Shown one piece after another: positions 23,690 through 35,518 of a stretch of 64,000 bases of DNA. Numbering within the stretch: position 1 is the first letter of the stretch; the number at the start of each line of letters is the position of its first letter. The translations under genes were made by a program, and so were the position numbers. Source of the stretch: Amphiscolops sp. MND2022 (lineage: Eukaryota); assembly GCA_964187785.1 (NCBI GenBank), contig CAXLNC010000480.1, positions 186,001-250,000 on the forward strand. The letters run 5' to 3'. Under the pieces are notes generated by a model, which saw only the letters and a program-made list of their open reading frames with translations, did no database searches and was not told the DNA's origin.

Positions 23690-24417
23690 TCATTTTTCCA
23701 GCTATTTTGACTCTTGCACTATCAAGGAAGAGTCAGCTTGGGAAGCTTCGTAGTCAGGCTACCACTTGATCCTGGCCTGAGACCACTTCACTGCCCTTTC
23801 TGCTGCCAGGAACACATCTGCAGCTTCATCCGCATCAGCGTCTAGCTCATCGTCTTCTTCAATGAGTTGTTGAATCTGTGAATCCAACTCTGTCAGCATC
23901 ATTCGACAATCGATCAGGAACTCCAATGTTACTTGCACATCCTCGAGTGCTCCACCGGCTTGCCGGATTGCTGTAGCCCGTCTTGTGAGGATACCACGAT
24001 GAGCACCTCTTGATCGCTTCAATTGAGCCAACTTCTGCACACCACCAGAGCCGTCTGAACCTCCTGGAGCATCTGCTGTTGACATCACGTCGAGGTCACC
24101 AATGTTTTGGGGGTAGCTCTCAAGCTAATACGGAGAAACTCAAAAAACAGAGTTCAAACTAGATAGATTGAGGAAACTCAAAGATAGAGTTCAAGCTAAA
24201 GATTGAGGTCTTGTTCTCAAACAAGAAGACTAAGATTGATAACGCTTATTGACGATTTCTTATCACGGTAACGGTATGATAATAAATGAGTGAGTTTAGA
24301 GACAACTGAGTTTAGTGGGGAACTGGTTGTTAGCAGGTTGTTAACCAGCAAATTAGGCATTTAAAGCCAAAGGGGCAACAAAAAGGTCTCAGTTGGTTGT
24401 TTACATGTATGTAAACA
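23690..24417 (-). mobile_element. BEL/Pao retrotransposon 5' fragment (LTR + PBS + gag N-terminus)
   Basis: LTR 24103-24417 (TGTTT...AAACA). Gag reads LKRSRGAHRGILTRRATAI...LTELDSQIQQLIEEDDEL, then KLPKLTLP (23725-23750), a typical BEL gag motif. Confidence 0.8.
24085..24101 (-). promoter_or_regulatory. Primer-binding site, tRNA-Trp type
   Basis: TGGTGACCTCGACGTGA 1 nt after the LTR end. Complementary to the eukaryotic tRNA-Trp 3' end (TCACGTCG(G/A)GGTCACCA). Confidence 0.85.
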
Positions 24418-24545
24418 CAACGTTTACAAAAGTGAGCAATGGGTGGTAAATATTGTACATGAATTGAGCAATGTACTTGCTGTCAAGCAATGTGATTGAT
24501 CAATATTAAAGGTGAAAGAATAAGTAGACAAAGAAACAAAAAAGA

Positions 24546-24615
24546 GCACTGTCGCAGATTCGAACTCGCGCACACCAATTCGAAGGCAAAGATTGATCCA
24601 CTGTGCTAAGTGGAC
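24546..24615 (-). tRNA. Degenerate tRNA-like sequence (pseudogene or SINE head, Arg-TCG-like loop)
   Basis: Minus strand GTCCACT-TAGCACAGTGG (A box starting at position 8)...CTTCGAA...GAGTTCGAATC (B box). Stems pair poorly. Confidence 0.45.
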
Positions 24616-24889
24616 TGCGATCGTTGTGGTGTAATGCGCCAACAGTACCAGTGAGCAGATTGACGTTATTCCAAGGGCCAATTTGATCAGTTCCAAACTT
24701 GCTTTCTGGCTCGATGTACCAAAGTTCACATTTCTTGATAATCCCAAGGCCACCTCAGACGGGAGCAGTTCTACCGTCTGTGAGAACCCTACCAAAAGAT
24801 GTAAATTGACTCATCCTTCCATTAGCGATGATGCTACGTGCAACAGTCAACGTCCTTCTTCTCTCTCCTCTACAGTCCATTTTGCTGAA

Positions 24890-27800
24890 ATGTCTGATCA
24901 AGAGGGTTTCATTACCACGAGTCAGCAACCTGCTTTATCTAACACCACATCAGATGTAGAAGCACGAACTGACACTCTCTGGCACAACTCTGGCACAAGC
25001 ATGCACTCTCATTGCATCAGCTTGTGGACCGAGGGCTGAATTCAGTGACGACTCCAGCTCAATTGCCGTAACTAGACCAAAGGACACTTCTGCCATTCCC
25101 ACTTTTAGAGTCAGCAGCCGGGCTTTGATAAAGAGTACTTTGCCCAGAACGAATCTTTCAATTTGTTACAAGGACATCCTACTATAGTCTTTTCACAAGA
25201 CCACATTAGCAGTGTACTACGGGTTGTAGCTGATGAGACTGCTCGTGCCTCGTATGATATGTTGGAGAATCTGATACAACGCGCCAGCGAGTTACGCCTT
25301 GACCCCAAGCCCTAAATGCCTCCCAAGAAGACTTCTGCTACGAAGTCCTCCGTCGGATAATCAAGAGGCACAAGTGGAGCAGGTTAAGAATCAAGAGGTT
25401 ACAGCGATACTAGCGGTGCTCTTAGCCGCGATGATGATTTTGGCAGCATCGAGTATTCGTTCGAACATTATGAACCCGAGATTATCGCCAGTCTCCTCCT
25501 GCTGGACCCTCTACCCTGCCTTCAGTCTCCAGGAGTTTTGCAGGCAGATAGCCCTGGCTCACAGACCCTTGCTTCCCTGAAGTTAGAAGCCATCAAGAAT
25601 CGTTCTCAGCAATCTCGCAGCCAACGAGGACGTTTCGTGCCCAAAAGGAAGACTCTTGGTTCTCGGAGGGAAATCACCCGCTCAAGAAAAATCATGAAAG
25701 AAGTTTATTTTAAGGGCATGTAGTAGATCAAACTATTTGTATCCGCACTAGTCGACCACAGGTGGAATCCTTACAAATTTTATTACCAGATTTGTAAGGC
25801 CAATATCTCGATTTGCGGCAAGGGGGACCGAGAAATTGTCCGTCACCATTCTACGGAGAAGCACTTGCGAAAGTATCAGCGGTGGCGGTGAGAGTACATC
25901 ATCAAAACTGACCCTGTTACAAGGGTAAAACACATCACCTCCTCGGCAAAACGGTGAAAATTCTTACCCCATTCCAATTAGAGCTCGAATACCTGAAGTT
26001 CAAGGACGTTCAGTTAGGTGACATAGGAGAGAAACTTCCCTTCTATGATAAGTTAATGGCCGGAGCAGATTATATGTCATCGTCATCTGACAATCGATCT
26101 AAATCTCCGTTCTCTGTAGATTCCTCCCCCAACACGATGATCTAGATGTCTTGAGGAACTTTTGGACGGACGTGGGTGTGGTTGTCAACCACCAGTCTCT
26201 ATTTATGGACTTCAATTGGGGGAAAGAAAGTCTTTCAATGAGTAGTATCTTAAGCTTTTTTGTACCTTAAAAGATACCATCCCAGACTCAGCGTCTAACT
26301 GGCCACACCGAAATATGACTGTGGCCACACATGATAACTGGCCACACCTACTATTTTGTGTTTAGGTGACCTTTCATCACTTGTTCATGGAGATGATGAA
26401 CGATGCTGGTACACACGTTGTGTCCAGTTCAGAGTACGCACTGGAGTTCGCCCACGATGGAGTGTTTGTCCTCGTTTACATCCGTTTTTGGTGAGAGGTC
26501 GAGTTTCATCGAATTTTCAAAAACGGACTGGACGTCTGCTCGGCCTCACTCAAGCCGAAATCAGCTTGATTCCGTTCGTGATGGGCGCAATTTCTACCAC
26601 TCCCAACATCATCAGCTGCACTGGAGGTATATTTTGAACGATTCAGCTGCTCAACCAATGCCCATATACTGAAGATGGTCTCCAAAGTCCACCCAGGTTC
26701 GAGGAACGAAGAAGGAAGAGCTACAGCATATTTGGAAGGATCGATTTCTTCTCTGTGCTACAGTACCTTGTTCTGTTGTTAGGTGGCAGTCTTGACCTGG
26801 AATGGGTACTCCTTTCTCCCGAACTTACCAAGGTTAGGTAACATTTTTAGGGTGTTATTGGGTTTAGGGCAACAAGTCTCTAGTTGAATTAGGTGTTTTC
26901 TTCAAGGCCATCAGAACTTGTCAGTTGGACATCAATGGTTTGCCGACGCTCTGCCAAGAACTAATCCGCAAATGGAACAAAGTGATTGACTTCTTAACTG
27001 CAAACGACTCATACCAGGAACACCAAGGAGTCTGCAAGCAAGTTAGTGTTCTGTAGCCGCGTCGACCTAAGATCCCTAACGGTGCTTCTAAATGTTCGTG
27101 ATTCAGCCTCAGAACCTCGAGTGGTCCATCGTAAATGATGAGCTTTTCCTCAATCAATTGGAGCTATTCCAGCGTCTCGTGCGTGATTGTTAGAAGAATT
27201 CTAATTTTTGTTTTCTATAATGATGATCAGTGTTTAGCAATTGCATATTTGCTGGAATTTTCCTTGTTAATCTCAAGGGCAGCGTGATAGAGGATTCCAT
27301 GTTTATCGAGAGGTGAGCCAATGAATCTACAAGCTTGCCAGACGATGTGTCCGGCCCAGCAGCCTTCCCGTCGAAACTGATCTGACTGGCATCTACAACA
27401 TCTCCTGACCCGATCCAAGTTGAGCGACAAGTTGTCTCCGACATGCAAGGTAAAGGCAAAGAAAGAAATGTGTGAGAAAAAGCACGATAATCTCAGTCTC
27501 GAAGCAGCTACTGAAAAGACCAAGGAAGAATTCGGACAATCCGCCCGCAGTTATGTTCTCTTTCTTTTCAAAGGAGTGCAAGGAATGCGACGTTTCACGA
27601 CAGACATAGTAAGAAGACTTGGAGCGTTTGATCTGGATGTTATGCGGACTGATCCAATTGAGCAGGCTACTTACTGTTTCAAAAAGCTATTCAGTAGTTT
27701 TCGCCTTCGAGGAGTGTTAATGGCCGACGAGGAGCCCTCATATTCTGAAGAGTACTTCTCATTCTTAGACGAACTCCGCCGAGACCATCCAAAGCATCCT

Positions 27801-28446
27801 ACAACCTAAATTACTGATTCCTGATGTTATCGACTTTGTGTGTGGACAGTCAGTCTTCAAGTCCCGCTTGCATCTCATCCGAATTATCCGCCGAAGCTGT
27901 TCGTGTTTGGATGAGCCCCGTCAGTCTTTCCCTCGTGTCAAGTATGGGTCAATCCACAGCGATGATTTGAAGAGTCCTGTATATGACGTCGTGACGCCCA
28001 TCTAGTCATACCTTGGTGGATCCTCGCGTGGTATTGACGTTTTTACCTCAGAAGATTCAATCAAAAGGTTTCTTGCTCTCGAGCCTACCTTCGGGACCAC
28101 TGGTTTGAAGCACAATTATAGTACTTGGGAGAGCCTCGATCACTTTCGGCGCGCACAGATATAAGACTTGAATGGACCGATTCGTCCCAGTAATCGAGAT
28201 GCTCCTTCGATTTCGAGTGTGGCCAGAGGGACCAAGGGTCCTCCTCAATTCCTTGTGCCTAAGCCAGGCAAGCGCCGTAATGACCTGTTGTCCAGTCAGG
28301 AGCTGACGGAATCTGCCGAACGTCTGAATGCTAGTAGTAGTAGTAAATCTTATTTGCACTATATGTATAATTGTGTTGAAGACTGTAATTTTATATATTT
28401 CATTCTTGTCCATTGTATGTCTTCCTATTTATCAGTTACATATTAG
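24890..28446 (+). pseudogene. Antisense accessory gene of family B, hAT-transposase-like (BED zinc finger, degenerate core, C-terminal dimerisation-like region)
   Basis: Pyrimidine tract + AG acceptor (24853-24875), then ATG at 24890. FY(Y)QICKANISICGKGDREIVRHHSTEKHLRK at ~25778-25872 is BED-like, with the first Cys codon as TAC. YALEFAHDGVFVLVYIRFW sits at the position of the first catalytic-Asp strand. LGAFDLDVM...EEYFSFLDELRR forms the C-terminal region. Many stops and frameshifts. Confidence 0.6.
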
Positions 28447-28527
28447 TTCAGTTGATGATAGTCAGTCAGTCAGTCGAGGCCCATAAAAATACGTATGTTA
28501 GAACGGGACAATATTTTAAATGTCTGA

Positions 28528-31500
28528 CTAGTACATGTATTCATCAGTGAAGTTGGGGGTGGGGTTACGTCGAAGGTTATACTTTCCTCCCCAAGGACTT
28601 TCATTTTCTACAATCATATCGTCGGTTTCATCGTCTGATACTTCCGGCACGATTGTATCACTCCCTCCTGACGATTGTTGATCGTCAACCCCGTCATCCG
28701 TACCTCCCGAGCGGATTTTTTTGGGCGGAACATGGTTGCCATTTTTGTGTGGCCCGGTGGACTGAAGGTCCTCATTGGTGAAAATTTCTCCTGGCGGGCT
28801 AGCGTCATCCCCAAGACTGTTAGAATTTTCGGAGGCGTCTAGACGTGTGGGAATCGTATTTTCTTCAGTTGAGTTGGGAAAATCTCCAAAATTAGTTTCC
28901 CGCGTAATGACGTAGAGGTCATCTTGCAGAGTAATAATTTCATCATCCGGTTGCAAACTGCCTTCCAGTCTAATATCTAGTAGTACTGTCTTCGGTTCAA
29001 ATTTGCGCATTCGAATGCGGTGTAGGATTTGTGTTTTGTTGGAATTGAGTTTTCTGACTATGTAATTTTCATTCGGCAAGACTTTTTCAGCGACATACGG
29101 CCCTATCCACCGGTATTCTCGGAATGGAATTTTCGATCCTTGATGGTCAGCTATAGGTTGTAAATTAAAACAGTAGCCATTTTGTTGTAAGGGCGCCGCT
29201 TTGGCCTTTCGGTCGTAGTATTCTTTGTATTTCAAAAAGGACTGCATGATGTTCTTCTTTGTGGAATCTATCAAAATTTGCGCTCGCCGCTTGAATTGGT
29301 ATGCGAAGTCTGTAGTCCGAAGGAGCTTCGGGTTGGGGTTAAGGCCCAGTTCGTGATCCAATTTATTATATGGAATTCGTCCATGAAAAATTCGAGATGG
29401 TTCACAGTCCAGGGTGGTGCTATAAGTCGTATTGTGATTTAAAACAGCTAGTGACAGATATTTTTGCCACTGACGCCTGTAGTCCCTTGAGGCCATTTTG
29501 AGAGTTGCTTTAAGGCAAGCATGAGCGCGTTCCAGTTTACCAAATGTTTGCGGATGTTTTGTAGTGCCAAATTTGATTTGAATTCCCAGAATTTGCGCAA
29601 TTTCGGCTACCAACATTGACGTAAAGGCTGTTCCTTTGTCAGTGATCGAAGTAGTGGGCAAGTAGGTATGTTTTGTCATGATGTCATTGATGACCTTTGC
29701 CGTATTTGTGGCCGATGCGTCAGTTACTGGGTGGGCAAAGAGATATCTTGAAAAAACATCCATATCGGTGAAAGTATTTTCATATCCTCCGCTTGGTGGT
29801 AGATTCGGTAAAAGATCTATTTGCATCGCATCCTCCGGACCTAGGTCCCTTTCCGGTAAATTTAGCAATTCCGGAGTGATGTAGGAATTAGGAATTCTTT
29901 TGTCTTTAATGCAGATTTTGCAAGCTTGAACCCATTTTTGACAATTGTCGCTATGACTGGATAGTAGTAGTAATTTTGTCGGACTTCTATGAGCATTTTG
30001 GAATTTCCTGGATGTTTGTTAGCTTTTCCATGGAGAAATTCAAGTAAATCAACGACTAAATGTTTTGGCAATAGCGCCTGATTGTACATTACAGAGCATG
30101 TCTTGTCGTAGTACTGTCTGGTGATAAACTCATCCGTGACGGACAGCCGGTCAAATTGGCGACAGTAATGCTGATATCGATTATCCTGCAGGCGAATGGT
30201 TTCTGAGTGGTCTTCTTTCAATATTTTTAGTCGTAGTTGTAGTAAATTGATGTCGTTGTTTTGCTCTATTGCTAGAGAAGTGATATTTGATAATTTTTGT
30301 CGAACGTTTGTGATAATTATTTTATGTGTGGTGAATTGTTCAAAAGAAATATCGGGTAATTGATTCGTTGGGTGTGTCCTGGCTTCTTTTTTACGTTCCC
30401 AAATTGGTTCTTCAGTTTCGTCATCGTTCTCGGTGTAGAAGATTTGCTCGTCTGCAGAGACTCCCGCCGATTGGCCGTGTAGTTCTGTCGGTGTTGTTGG
30501 GATATCATCTCGAATTTTGAGGATAAGTTTCTCTTTTCGATAAGAAATCAGCGGATGTAATCTTTTTGCCAGGAATGTGTGCAATAGTGAAAATGAACTG
30601 GATAACATAGTCACAATCATTCCAAAGTGTTGGTGGAATGATTTTTGTTTGAAAGAATTGTGTGACAGATTTATTGTCTGTTAATATAATCACCGGAGGT
30701 GTTGGATCCATAGGCTACTGGTTGAACTTGAAGTATCTTTCTCGAGTGGATCGTCTTCGATGAGAACGGCGTACCCTGCGGCCGAAACACTAGCATCCGT
30801 CAGGAGGGCTATTTGCTTATTCGGTAGAGGTTGTTTGAGTACCAGTTCGCGACAGTTTCTCAGAAAGTCTTGGGATGTAGTTGCGGTAATAGTTTAAGAA
30901 TCCCAAGTAGCGTTGTAGTGCTTTTGTAGATTTTGGAAATTTCGTATTTTCCAGGAAGTTTTGGACCCGTGGTCTCTACGGCTTCACCCCAGCGGGAGTG
31001 ATAGTTGGTCCTAGAAAATCGATCTCGGTTGCTCCAAAATGGCATTTGCGCGTTGTTAATTTCAAGCCCGTCTTCTGGATGCACTGGAAAGTGACACGAC
31101 TTTGGTTGACGAGTTGTTCGGAATCGTTAGCTGCTATACCGATGTCATCTGCATATTGGCCACATTGGTCTGCTTTTATGTACGGGTTTCGTAGATTTGA
31201 TTAGGCTACTTGCGTAATGTGCAGCGTTTTCAGGATTATCTTGTAATAGGTGCCACGTGGTAACCGGGTCTATGGTTTTGACATTTTTCATCTATTCCGG
31301 CGTTAGGACAGTGAATTTTGCGACCTGCGTATCTCTATTGATAGTGCAGGGGCTGTCAGAGACATTTATCAGATGAATCGCTACTTGACCATTGGTCAAA
31401 GTGACTAGAGCAGCACAAACGGCAATATCACCATCATCGGTAAATGCGTTGCTCTGTTGAAGAATGCCAGTAACTGTAGTGTCTTCGTACAGTTGTGAGG

Positions 31501-32174
31501 CCATAAGGACTAGATGTGTATCATTAGGAGGGGTGGTGACATCCGCTCTAATGCAAATGGGTTCCCTGACATTGGTGTACTTATGATCCGCTGTTTTCAG
31601 CTGCATAGAGAAAAAGGGGAAATTTAGGACACCTTGTCTCATATCTGGAATGATGTTGTTCTATTGGAGGAATCGAAAGGCCAATCAATGGACTGGTGAG
31701 TTTTTCCATAACTATGACTATCTCATGGAACTCTATGTCACCGACTTCAAAATTCAGTTCGACTGTTCTCTTCGGATTTTCCAGCTGCCCATTAGCGACC
31801 AATATTTGGAAGTTGGGTGCCGGGCTCTCTTTGACAATAGACTGAGGGGCTAGTGATCGGATTTTACGTAGATCAGCTTCTGGGATTGCGCTAGAGAGTG
31901 CTCCCGTGTCTACAAGGCCTTCTAAAGTTAGTTCGCCAAAATCCATTGGAAAATAGAGCAGTCGTCGTTTATATTTGAGGCCATTATTGGTTGTGAGTGG
32001 TACATAGCATTGTTCGCCAGTTCTAGTGACTAGGATGTTGACAAAACGCGCAGCAACTGCTGTAGCCATAGAGACCTGTGGTCCCCCGCGGTGAGCCTTG
32101 TTCTCAGGTTCGAGACCAATTGGTTGGTAGGTGAATTGACGTTTGCGTTGACATGTCCTGTGGTTGTTTATCAA
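28528..32174 (-). pseudogene. pol: Family B pol (PR, dUTPase-like spacer, partly deleted RT/RH, integrase)
   Basis: LVDTGALSSAIPE; QYADDIGIAAN (31143-31154); LTDASVSAAGYAVLIEDD; LHGKANKHPG...CKICIKDK; 446-aa open integrase core (MQIDLLP, DMDVFSRYLFA, ITDKGTAF, GKLERAH). Confidence 0.95.
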
Positions 32175-33151
32175 AACTGTCGTAGAAATTCAGGTAATGT
32201 TGATTGTAGGAATTTTTGTCCCAATAGTGGTCGAAACCATAGTCAGGGTTTGGGTAATAGGGGTTATAGTCAACTAAAAGGGGTATTGGTCGGAAACTAA
32301 GAGTATCGTGGGGTATTCGGTTGGACGTGTAGTCCAAAGTGGTTCAGTAAGTAGTTTTAGTGTTCATCTTCGGCTGCCAGTCAGCTGATGGTGTTTTTTA
32401 AGCGTTGTGTAATACTCAGTGTAGTATATGTTTGAGGGGTCAGAAATTATAAACTGAACTTTTAATTTATTTGGAGTCGTGGCGAATCTAGTTTTTTGGG
32501 TTCTTTAAAATTGACGTTGTCTGTTTGTTTTATGCATCACCTTGACTGGTGGACCTATCTTCAACTGGGTGTCTTCCAGTTCAAGGTTCTTAGGCCTGAG
32601 GTGAACTCCGTCGCCTTAGCAACACCGTTCGGCCGGTTGGTTCGTTTTGTCACAGGTCGGGCACTTTGGGTACTCTTTTCAGGTAGACTGGCCGTCGTTG
32701 CGTTTGTGTTCCTCTTTCCTCTTCAGCTTCCGACATTCATCTTTGGTATGTCCTGGTTTTGTTGCAGTAATTGCAAGTTATTCCTGGGTCTATGCCGGAG
32801 GAAATGAGGCCGTTACCCGGTCCTGTTGCTGTCGGGGCCGTGGACATTGTTGGGACTGGAAGGTCGTCCCCCTCCTCAAGTCCATTGAGCTCAAGCTCAC
32901 GATCTAAATGGGTGACTATTTCCTTATAAGTGGGATTTTCGAGTCTAGCCATATTGACTAGGCGTTTCAATTTCGGTGGCAATTTGGCATAGAAAAGGCT
33001 ATCGATCATTGCCTAGGCATTTTCGCCAAACGCTTTTTTGGCTCCTTGATTGAGTTCTTCAAGGAAGTCAGGTAGCTTCATGGTGTTTGGGTCAAACACC
33101 AGTCTGTGCCATTTGTGTTTGGCGGTCGTCTGGGACTCAGGTTTGACGAAT

Positions 33152-35095
33152 TGTAACAGCCCGCTCCCGGTCTGGGATGCTGCTGCAAACGAGTGGGATT
33201 CGGTAGAGGCCACGGATGCAGCTTGAGATTCTCGAGGGGGTATTTTGGCTACTAACTTAAACTTTAATCTTAACTTTAAATAAACTGTTACTGAGAATGT
33301 AAAATATACATCTTTGCGCAAATCTTAAACGAGAATGAAAACAGAACGTTAAATGAGCTAGAATGATTTCACGCATTTCCGGCAAGACGCTTTTGTCACG
33401 CCAGAATAAAAACATTCACCACCTGAAAACTAAATTAAAATACGTTTAGGAATAAAGATCATAAACTACTCTAAACATATCCAAAATCGTCTCCAAGAAA
33501 GAACATCAATCAGATGATCCCAATGTTCCGCCAATATGACATCACTAACTTGGCAGCTAGTCAGAAATTCATTCCAAAACACGCGTCAGCAAGTCGTCAA
33601 ACTTGGCAGGCCGCCAAGCAAGCTGAGAACACTTGTCGTCATGTTGTCGCACATCCATCAAAATAGCTGTTTTAATCCACCCAGAATAGTAAACTGAACC
33701 CCGATTTCAGCGAAATTAGCTTGACGAGAACGGTTGTTTCGAATCAGATTCAACTATAACATAAATAAGATCTAGCGAATTGAGTCTGTCCTTCGTCGAC
33801 TAAAATATTGTTCACTTAAAATTACACTAGAAAGCGATATAAAAGAAACTTTTCCGCACTTTCTTGCAAGCAAAGTCATAGTTTAATTTTTGCTGCTGGA
33901 TAAACACCTGTATTTTATTAATGTTGTACATTAATAGCGTTGTAAAACATGAATCTGCTGTCTGTTAACATTTTGTACCAGTTCATTTTAAAATGACGTT
34001 ATATTTGCGCTGCTCCATGTTTGAGGAATTCATGAACCCGCTAGTTTTGTTAAAAGCCATATTCAATTGAGTGCCATTTCATAAATGAGACTATTAACAT
34101 CAAGTGCATCCATTTCATAACGCTGTTTAAAGTCAACATTCGAAGTTACCTGTTCTGTTAAGTTTGATTTGTAAACTTGTCGCACTTTTTGCGTCAAGCC
34201 GAAATTGTTGCCAATCTATATATTTGAATTTTAAGGAACATAAAGTTGATTTCATTTCTAACTCAATGATTGCGTCCCAATTAATTCAAAATATCTTCCT
34301 AGCATCGCTCAAATAATCATAATTTGGAAGTTAGGCATCACATTTTGATCAAGCTGAATTCCAAAATCAGGTATTAGTTGTTCACGTCAGCGTCATCTCA
34401 GCGTCAATTTCCCGCGAAACAAAGCATTAAAACAGGGAATCATATCCGGTTTGACATACCGAAGTAATATCAACTTCCTGCTTGGGAGGAAGCAAAAGGA
34501 CGTCGGGAATTTAGGATTTGTTCGTGATCAAATGATGCTAGGAGGGTATATATATGATGGCTTTGGGTAACGAAGGGACTCAGTCTTTTTGCATTTGTAA
34601 AAGTCAGTTGCGCTGTACTTCATTTATCTCAGCTTATTCCTTCAACTTTGTTGAAAAATACATAGCAAAGATAAATGGAATTCTTCAAATCAAACTTTCT
34701 TCATTCGTAAATGTCGACTACAAAAAGTCAAAAGAGAAAGACAACCAACTGGAGAGCACTGAAAGTGTTAGTGATGGTTTTGTTTCACCAATAATAGTAG
34801 GAAATTCTTGTCCCTTAGAACAAGACGCAATCGTTGCGGGACCTTCGAAACCAAAATTTCCTAGGATTGAGGGTAGCTTCTTGGAACGTTTGAAAGCCTC
34901 CTTGAAAGAGGAAATCACATCTGAAATCAAGAATCTTCTCTGTGAATCTCCGAAAGAGATGTTGAAACTGCTAAAACCTGAAATAAGAGAAAATATAAAA
35001 GAAAACACCAAAGAGGAAACGGAAAACGAAACCAGGAATTTCTACACTCCTACAAAACTTTACTCAAAACAACGACCCGTGTAGTAGTCGTAACA
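33152..35095 (+). mobile_element. Family D solo LTR (1944 bp) containing a gag N-terminal coding region
   Basis: TGTAAC...CGTAACA ends, 5-bp TSD CGAAT (33147-33151) / CGTAT (35096-35100). ATG at 34711 (MSTTKSQKRK...LKEEITSEIKNLL...FYTPTK). The terminal frame reads TQNNDPCSSRN + A exactly at the LTR end. Confidence 0.85.
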
Positions 35096-35505
35096 CGTAT
35101 TTCCTGCGAAATACGGCTAAGATGTCTTCCAAAGTTTGCCTCTTTGCCGTGTTGATGTTACGGGAAATTTGTAGGGCGTTTTTGCGTAACAATGAATGAA
35201 AGTGATTTATTTTCATTGCTTCAGTCATATCAGGTTGCATTTTGATCATTGTATGGAAGAGGTCTTCAAAAAGTTCAAATTTCTCCGATTTGCCTTCAAA
35301 CGTCGGTGTAGTCGTGCTAACGGGTCGTACCATCAGGGTTTGTGCTGATGGACGGTTGTTCATGCCGACCAGTACTTCAGCAAGACGGTTGATGGGGTCA
35401 GAAGGAGTAGTTGGTGTTGTAGTCTCAAGGACCTGGGGGACTGTATCCTGAGACTGCATGGGACGTCCAGTGATAAACTCAGGAACCATATGTGGGATTG
35501 GGTTG

Positions 35506-35518
35506 ACTCCTGTCACCA
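35506..35518 (-). promoter_or_regulatory. Putative PBS of family B (tRNA-Leu-like), in frame within gag
   Basis: ...CGCGACA|TGGTGACAGGAGT. 12 of 13 bases match the tRNA-Leu PBS TGGTGTCAGGAGT. Confidence 0.7.

Noticed and set aside
24853-24875. Pyrimidine run as the PPT of family B
   Set aside because: It is ~9 nt from the nearest TGT on minus, and it is better explained as the splice acceptor of the antisense gene. A tighter PPT exists at 23440-23456.
28398-28440. LTR start TGTAAC right after family B integrase
   Set aside because: No PPT and no matching second copy. It lies in the convergent 3' ends of pol and the antisense gene.
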